Positions 39,015 to 43,309 of a stretch of 43,309 bases of DNA are shown in pieces (the first letter of the stretch is position 1; every line of letters begins with the position of its first letter). The position numbers and the translations under genes were made by a program. The stretch comes from a virus. A model generated the notes under the pieces. It was given only the letters and a program-made list of their open reading frames with translations, was not told the DNA's origin and did not search any database. The DNA lies in the IMG/VR virus record IMGVR_UViG_3300045988_023625, positions 1-43,309 of that record; one strand, 5' to 3'.

Positions 39015-39435
39015 CGTCGTCTTCCTCCTTGCGCTTCTTTTTGCCCTTCAATTCGCCCACAAGCGCCGCCAGCGCGTCAAACTCCTTACGGGTGACAAAT
39101 TCGCCCTTTTCCTGTGGCGCTGTACGGGGAGTTTCTGCGCGTTCTACGAGGTCATAAATCTTGAGCGTCGGCTTGCCGCTTGCGTCGGACTGCTTGAGGT
39201 ATACCGTCGGCGCGCCGGAATCCCACAGCGCCACGGCAGAGTTAGGCGCGATCAGATAGCCCCTTGCCTCCTGCTCGCCATTGACCCACTGCACGCCGCC
39301 CTGCGCGATGGGGTTCTGCTGCACTGGCTGCGACATAGGCTGCTGCATGGGCTGCATCATCTGTTGCTGCCGCATCTGCATGAGGTTGTCCGGAATCGGC
39401 TGCGGATAATAGGGATTGAAATAGGGATATGCCAT
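39007..39435 (-). CDS. Accessory operon gene 3: Gln/Pro/Met-rich N-terminus, globular core, Lys/Glu/Asp tail
   Basis: Start preferred at MAYPYFNPYYPQP (39435; GGAGGA lies 7 nt upstream). The ATG at 39441 is too close to the RBS. Confidence 0.6.
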   Translation of the reverse strand: MAYPYFNPYYPQPIPDNLMQMRQQQMMQPMQQPMSQPVQQNPIAQGGVQWVNGEQEARGYLIAPNSAVALWDSGAPTVYLKQSDASGKPTLKIYDLVERAETPRTAPQEKGEFVTRKEFDALAALVGELKGKKKRKEEDDDE

Positions 39436-39437
39436 GT

Positions 39438-39821
39438 TCATTCCTCCGTTTCTTTGACCCAGTAATAAAGCGGGATTTCGTTCTCGCTGTTCCAACTGTC
39501 ATAGATCACGCCGTCTTGCACGCACACGACATGACCGGAGAGCGCGAGAATATACGTCCCGCGCGGGTGATCATCGGCGAACTTACCGACGGTGTAGCAG
39601 TCGGGGCAGGTATCCGGCATGATGTAGCGACGGTAGCCCAAAGACCGCAGATAAGCGCCCCAACAAGCGTTTGCGTTGGGTAAATCGCCGTCAAGGTAGC
39701 CCTGTATGCAGAGGGACAAATACACCTTTCCCCAGTCCTTCCCCGTCGCCTTGCAGATCGCGCGCACGGTGCAGTCGGACACATTACGCCCAGCGGGATT
39801 TGGGTTAAAGTAGCTATACAT
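39438..39821 (-). CDS. Accessory operon gene 2: putative Cys-His (papain/C39-like) peptidase-fold protein
   Basis: 127 aa. Candidate catalytic Cys in NVSDCTVRAI. Candidate His/Asp in LSGHVVCVQDGVIYDSWN. I recall it as a recurrent phage/plasmid family. The fold assignment is tentative. Confidence 0.45.
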   Translation of the reverse strand: MYSYFNPNPAGRNVSDCTVRAICKATGKDWGKVYLSLCIQGYLDGDLPNANACWGAYLRSLGYRRYIMPDTCPDCYTVGKFADDHPRGTYILALSGHVVCVQDGVIYDSWNSENEIPLYYWVKETEE

Positions 39822-39936
39822 GGAAAAGCTCCGCGAAATAGACGTAAGTGCGCAGCTCGTCAGGGTCGGGAAACAGCGTCAAAATGTCCATTGCCATCTG
39901 CTCGGTAAATCCCAAAGCTAAAAGTCGGTCGTACAT
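39814..39936 (-). CDS. Accessory operon gene 1: 40-aa protein
   Basis: Not in the track. ATG at 39936 after AAGGAGGTGCGGCG. Translation: MYDRLLALGFTEQMAMDILTLFPDPDELRTYVYFAELFHV. Its stop overlaps the next start (ATGTATAG). Confidence 0.5.
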   Translation of the reverse strand: MYDRLLALGFTEQMAMDILTLFPDPDELRTYVYFAELFHV

Positions 39937-39988
39937 CGCCGCACCTCCTTTTGTCGCCTCAATCATACCGTGGATCGCGCTCCGCAAA

Positions 39989-40066
39989 TGGTCATTGTTT
40001 GGTCATTATTTGGTCAAAAAATATTTCAAAAAAGCCCTTGACATACCACGCAATGCGTGGTAATAT
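39989..40066 (+). promoter_or_regulatory. Promoter with a palindromic operator, preceded by three tandem 11-bp repeats
   Basis: TGGTCATTGTT (39989-39999), TGGTCATTATT (40000-40010), TGGTCAAAAAA (40011-40021). TTGACA (40038-40043), 17-nt spacer, TAATAT (40061-40066). The spacer contains the palindrome CCACGCA-A-TGCGTGG (40046-40060). Confidence 0.6.
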
Positions 40067-40110
40067 AAGCATGTAAACAAAAGAGGGCAACAGCCCAGGA
40101 GGATATAAAA

Positions 40111-40380
40111 ATGAAGCTTACCGATGGAAAGAGGACCGTGGAGATCAAGATTCAGCGCTGGAACGGTTCCGGTTATGACCCTGATTGGAGCGCCGATTAC
40201 TTCAACGCAGGCTCCCTCCCGTACGACGAAGAGACCGATACATACACAGTCGAGGATGTGGATTACTGCATCGAGACCGCGAACAAAGCAAACGAAGACG
40301 GTGCTTGCGGCAAGTACGACGAAAACGGCGATCTCGTCCGCGACGAAGACATGTTCGTTTTTGTCGAGGAGCTGAATTAA
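40111..40380 (+). CDS. Acidic hypothetical protein
   Basis: 89 aa with RBS AGGAGGA. WNGSGYDPDWSADYF...YTVEDVDYCIE. I recall this family from Firmicutes mobile elements. Confidence 0.65.
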   Translation: MKLTDGKRTVEIKIQRWNGSGYDPDWSADYFNAGSLPYDEETDTYTVEDVDYCIETANKANEDGACGKYDENGDLVRDEDMFVFVEELN

Positions 40381-40394
40381 AGGAGGAGTTTACC

Positions 40395-40742
40395 ATGACC
40401 GACAAGCAGTTTTACAGCATCTTTTCAGACGCGCTCTCGAATGATGGCGCGTCCCGCGAAGCATTTGTCTCCGATTGGGCTCTTAGCTCCATTTGGGACG
40501 ACGATAATCAAGATATTTCGGAGGAGCGTATTGCCGAGATCGGTAATATTTGGAATGTTGCTCACCTGACGATCTGCGATATCCGCCAATATACAGGTCT
40601 GTCGCAGGCTAAATTTGCAGCTCGCTTTTGCATCCCTCGCCGATCTATCGAGGATTGGGAGTCCGGTGCAAGGCACTGCCCCGACTATCTGCGGTTGTTG
40701 CTCGCACAGGCCGTTGGTCTGTACAATAAGCCTGCTGTATGA
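40395..40742 (+). CDS. Protein with a C-terminal XRE-like HTH
   Basis: ATG at 40395 after AGGAGGAG. 115 aa. Contains IRQYTGLSQAKFAARFCIPRRSIEDWESGARHCPDYLRLLL. The longer track ORF starting at 40185 is rejected. Confidence 0.7.
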   Translation: MTDKQFYSIFSDALSNDGASREAFVSDWALSSIWDDDNQDISEERIAEIGNIWNVAHLTICDIRQYTGLSQAKFAARFCIPRRSIEDWESGARHCPDYLRLLLAQAVGLYNKPAV

Positions 40743-40764
40743 TGCAAAACTCCAATAAAGAACA

Positions 40765-40798
40765 AAAGAGAGCACCGATTAACCTCGGTGCTCTCTTT
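40765..40798. terminator. 14-bp bidirectional terminator between convergent units
   Basis: AAAGAGAGCACCGA (40765-40778) pairs with TCGGTGCTCTCTTT (40785-40798). The minus-strand RNA is followed by UGUUCUUUAUU. Confidence 0.7.
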
Positions 40799-41054
40799 GT
40801 CCGTCTGCTATTTTTTGATATGCCCGCCTGCGGCAGCGGTTGACGGCCTCCGGCGACAGGTGCAGCGCTGCACACACTTGCGCGTAGCTCTTGCGCCGCA
40901 CGTCGCATTCAATAAGGCAGTACGCCTCATCGGGCGGCAGCTCAAACGATAAGATATACGCCACGGCTCGCTTGGGGGCCATAGAGGATAATTGCGCGCG
41001 GATCGCTCGGTGCTGCTTGTCCATGCTGTGCACCGGGGCTTGCAGAGCGCTCAC
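40779..41054 (-). CDS. Sigma-70 region-4-like / RinA-ArpU-like small transcription regulator
   Basis: 91 aa: ELPPDEAYCLIECDVRRKSYAQVCAALHLSPEAVNRCRRRAYQKI. The GTG start is coupled (GTGA) to a 5-codon leader ORF at 41051-41068 that has a GGGAGG RBS. Confidence 0.5.
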   Translation of the reverse strand: MSALQAPVHSMDKQHRAIRAQLSSMAPKRAVAYILSFELPPDEAYCLIECDVRRKSYAQVCAALHLSPEAVNRCRRRAYQKIADGQREHRG

Positions 41055-41115
41055 GCGAGGGGAGACATTGCAGGCCTCCCGCCCGTTTTCCTTTCCGTGC
41101 CCGATTCGGGCACAT

Positions 41116-41691
41116 TTATTTCATTGTCGCGAGCTTGCGAATCAGGTCATTGCCGTACTTATACGCCGCGAGGTAGTCGAGCGTCGGATCAAGCAGCCCC
41201 GCGCGCTTTTTGAGCACTTCGCGATAGCTCGCCTCATACTTCGGGCGATATGCGCCCACCACGAGCGAAAGCTTGCGCTTGCGGCGATATACCCCGTCGC
41301 CGTTGGACTGGCTGCCCGCAGCGCCGCTTGATGTGTTGCCCTCGATGGCCGTCACGTATTGCCCGCTCACGCTCTCGCAGATGCCCGTATGGTCGGTCTT
41401 GACCTTCGTGTTGGGAAAGTCGTAGATCAGCACGTCGCCCGGTTGATAGCCCTTTGTGACCCACTGACCGTGCGCTTTCGCGTAGTTCATCAGCTCGCCG
41501 CAGCTCGCGGTCTTCCCGCCGCCGTAGAAGAGCCGCTTATCCACCTGCTGGAAGCACCACCATACAAATTGCATACACCAGTACACGCCGTCCACGCCGT
41601 AGGCCTTGCCATACTTCTGGCGGTTGCCCGGCTGCTCCACCGTGCCGATCTCCTTGCGTGCGATGGCGAGAATGTCAGTTGCCCGCGCCAT
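41116..41691 (-). CDS. CHAP-domain endolysin
   Basis: Start MARATDIL at 41691 after GGGAGGTGAAGACA. Contains NRQKYGKAYGVDGVYWCMQFVWWCF (Cys), DHTGICESV (His) and TAIEGNTS. Confidence 0.8.
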   Translation of the reverse strand: MARATDILAIARKEIGTVEQPGNRQKYGKAYGVDGVYWCMQFVWWCFQQVDKRLFYGGGKTASCGELMNYAKAHGQWVTKGYQPGDVLIYDFPNTKVKTDHTGICESVSGQYVTAIEGNTSSGAAGSQSNGDGVYRRKRKLSLVVGAYRPKYEASYREVLKKRAGLLDPTLDYLAAYKYGNDLIRKLATMK

Positions 41692-41893
41692 TGTCTTCAC
41701 CTCCCACCGCGTCTTGCACCTTCTGGCTCTGCGTGCCGAAGTAAAACGCGATGATAACCGCATAGATCGTCATAAAGTCCTGCGAGATATTGCCCGTCAC
41801 GGCCATGTAAGCGAAAACGCCCGTCAGCACCAGCGTTACGATGCTCTTGACGCTCATCAGGTTTGCGATACGCTTAAGAATTCTTTCGTTCAT
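41675..41893 (-). CDS. Holin-like two-TM protein (holin 2)
   Basis: 72 aa: KSIVTLVLTGVFAYMAVTG and FMTIYAVIIAFYFG. It lies immediately upstream of, and overlaps, the endolysin gene. Confidence 0.65.
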   Translation of the reverse strand: MNERILKRIANLMSVKSIVTLVLTGVFAYMAVTGNISQDFMTIYAVIIAFYFGTQSQKVQDAVGGEDNGAGN

Positions 41894-41894
41894 G

Positions 41895-42260
41895 TCATTC
41901 GTCCTTTCCTTTGTCTAAAACATTGTAGCCGTCCTCGTAGATTACGGTTAGCCCGTAGGCGCAGGCGACTTCGTGTTCGATGCGGCAACCACGGGCTTTC
42001 TCCCAGCCGTGGCAGAAATAAGCAGCGTGACACAGGCTCATGTTTTCCAGAGACTTCGCCAAGAAGCACAGAGGGATTTGCACCACCCCGCGTTCGGTCA
42101 TATTCTCCTTGCTATACCATTCGTCGGTAAAAAGCGTGTTGACAATTCCATAGCCGCGTGCTTCCAGCGCCGCGATAGCTTTCTCGCGTGTAGCAACGAT
42201 TTCCTCATCGGTTTTCCCTGCCATCGGTTGGCTTAGCATAGCCTTCATTCTTTCGTTCAT
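41895..42260 (-). CDS. DUF4406-like (nucleoside 2-deoxyribosyltransferase-fold) protein inserted in the lysis cassette
   Basis: Start MNERMKAMLSQPMAGKTDEEI at 42260. The C-terminal pattern LCHAAYFCHGWEKARGCRIEHEVACAYGLTVIYE matches my memory of DUF4406. Confidence 0.6.
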   Translation of the reverse strand: MNERMKAMLSQPMAGKTDEEIVATREKAIAALEARGYGIVNTLFTDEWYSKENMTERGVVQIPLCFLAKSLENMSLCHAAYFCHGWEKARGCRIEHEVACAYGLTVIYEDGYNVLDKGKDE

Positions 42261-42261
42261 G

Positions 42262-42456
42262 TTATTCGTCCTTTCCCTTGATTTTGATACCAGCCAGCAG
42301 CGCAAGCTCCGCCGTCCATGCGGCGAACCATGCCACCGTCAGGCTGTCCGGCACGGCCTTGTCAAAGGCCGTCAGTACAAGTGCCGCGACGCAGTACCAG
42401 CAGAGATTCACCACCGCTGCGATGAGATACTTGTCCCGCTTTCGGAGTTTCTTCAT
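42262..42456 (-). CDS. Holin-like two-TM protein (holin 1)
   Basis: Start MKKLRKRDKY at 42456, overlapping the XhlA stop (ATGA). 64 aa with two hydrophobic segments. The longer track version is rejected. Confidence 0.6.
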   Translation of the reverse strand: MKKLRKRDKYLIAAVVNLCWYCVAALVLTAFDKAVPDSLTVAWFAAWTAELALLAGIKIKGKDE

Positions 42457-42755
42457 GCCATTCCTCCCGCGATGATCCACGCCACAAACGCACCGACCAG
42501 CGCTGCAAGCAGCTTGTCCACGATGCTGTCCCACCGTTTCCCGGCTTTCCCCGTGATGGTCTTCACGTCCTCCTTGATCTCCTTGACGTCGCCTTCCACG
42601 GTCTCTTGTTTTGTGGCCAAGACCTCGACCGACGTTACCAGCCTGTCAAGCGCCACCTGATGTTCCGTCAGCTCGTTGATTCGGTGCGTATTGCTCTTGC
42701 ACCTCGATTCAATCAGTGCGATTGCCGCGTCATCGTAGTGCTTTGCATTATCCAT
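42453..42755 (-). CDS. xhlA: XhlA-like lysis-associated protein
   Basis: 100 aa. N-terminal coiled coil and a C-terminal TM segment LLAALVGAFVAWIIAGG. It is the first gene of the lysis cassette. Confidence 0.65.
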   Translation of the reverse strand: MDNAKHYDDAAIALIESRCKSNTHRINELTEHQVALDRLVTSVEVLATKQETVEGDVKEIKEDVKTITGKAGKRWDSIVDKLLAALVGAFVAWIIAGGMA

Positions 42756-42779
42756 ATCCCGCTCCCTTTCTGCGGCGTA

Positions 42780-43309
42780 TTACACCGCCTTGAAATAATT
42801 CCCCACCAGCTCGTGCGGCAGATATTGCAGCGTGATCTTGCCGCCTGCCTGCTCGCCCGTGCGCTCGCAGAGGTACACCTTGCCGTCCTCGCCGTCGAGG
42901 TAGTACTTGCCGTATTCGTACTCCATGCCGCGCGCTGCGGGGATGGGGTCGTCCTGCGTGCCTGCGTGCTCGGCGTCGATGACCGCCCAAAGCGCGGGCG
43001 TCTTGTCCGGCGTCCAGTCGGCCTGCGAGGTATGTGCCTGACGGCACTTGTACACCTTGCCGCCGTAGCTTCTGCGGTCGCCCTCGGCGAAATCAACGGG
43101 ATACGCCCATGCCGTAATGAGCTCGGGCACAGTCGCCGCCTCGCCGTCGCTCAGGCTGACCGTTGCCTGCTCGATAATGGGGCGCAGCTTCACCGCGCGG
43201 GCATACGTGACCGGCTCACCCGCAAGAGCGGCGACGGTCGCTTTGGCGCTCTCTGTTTCCGTGGGCTTGCCCATCTTGATACTCACCGTGCCGTCGCGGT
43301 GGTCAGTGA
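42780..43309 (-). CDS. C-terminal part of the wrap-around tail-associated protein, with a CBM5/12-like motif
   Basis: YGGKVYKCRQAHTSQADWTPDKTPALWAVI resembles the chitin/carbohydrate-binding module 5/12. It joins 1..324 in frame through the 53-bp overlap. Confidence 0.7.
   Translation of the reverse strand, partial: TDHRDGTVSIKMGKPTETESAKATVAALAGEPVTYARAVKLRPIIEQATVSLSDGEAATVPELITAWAYPVDFAEGDRRSYGGKVYKCRQAHTSQADWTPDKTPALWAVIDAEHAGTQDDPIPAARGMEYEYGKYYLDGEDGKVYLCERTGEQAGGKITLQYLPHELVGNYFKAV
43257..43309. repeat. Terminal overlap copy 2 (identical to 1..53)
   Basis: Same 53-mer as positions 1..53. Confidence 0.97.

Larger units (their letters stand above)
1..43309. mobile_element. Complete temperate siphovirus-like phage genome, circularly closed contig (unique length 43,256 bp)
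   Basis: Full set of phage modules: terS/terL/portal/MuF/scaffold/capsid/tail/TMP/fibres/lysis, integrase plus attP, CI/Cro switch, replication-recombination genes. The two window ends overlap by 53 identical bases, and one ORF reads in frame across that junction. Confidence 0.9.

Noticed and set aside
1-43309. The 53-bp end repeat as a true direct terminal repeat or cos-type end
   Set aside because: The sequence alone cannot distinguish these cases. The junction interrupts a gene and the terminase is PBSX-like (headful type), so an assembly overlap on a circular or permuted genome is the simpler explanation.

Overview
The window is one complete temperate siphovirus-type phage genome. The first 53 bp are identical to the last 53 bp, which is the signature of a circularly closed contig, so the unique length is 43,256 bp. 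The proteins look Firmicutes/Clostridia-like and the genome is fairly GC-rich. Almost all genes are on the minus strand, in operons where start and stop codons frequently overlap (ATGA, GTGA, TAATG). In the direction of transcription (descending coordinates) there are four blocks. (1) A CI/Cro-type switch at 32.8-33.6 kb drives a minus-strand early operon (33.0 to 21.6 kb). It encodes a Rha-like regulator, an HTH protein carrying 45-bp tandem repeats, a membrane 3D-domain protein, DUF1351, an SSAP-like recombinase, an MBL-fold nuclease, SSB, a DUF4373 replisome organiser, a G39P-like loader, RusA, several XRE HTH proteins, a short C5-methyltransferase-like protein and a protein with a Gly-Ser/Tyr/Asp repeat. 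(2) About 700 nt at 20.9-21.6 kb has no credible ORF and is dense in hairpins. I flag it as a candidate large structured RNA. (3) The late operon runs terS, terL, portal, a three-gene insertion (basic protein, DUF4417, JAB-like), MuF, an AT-rich moron island with an RHH regulator, scaffold, HK97-type capsid with a Big_2 tail, connector/joining proteins, major tail, chaperone, Gp15, a plus-strand DUF4352 moron, tape measure, tail tip and fibre proteins. It then wraps across the window ends into a CBM5/12-like protein and a lysis cassette (XhlA, holin, DUF4406, second holin, CHAP endolysin, sigma-r4-like protein). (4) An eight-gene accessory operon (39.9 to 36.7 kb) includes a BclA-C-terminal-domain-like protein and a Cys-rich membrane coiled-coil protein. 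It abuts attP, which is a 46-nt copy of the 3' part of a tRNA-Thr(CGU). Next to attP on the plus strand lies the lysogeny block: CI-like repressor, an AT-rich 336-aa orphan, a membrane-anchored HTH and a tyrosine integrase. All family names come from my own motif recognition. No searches were run.
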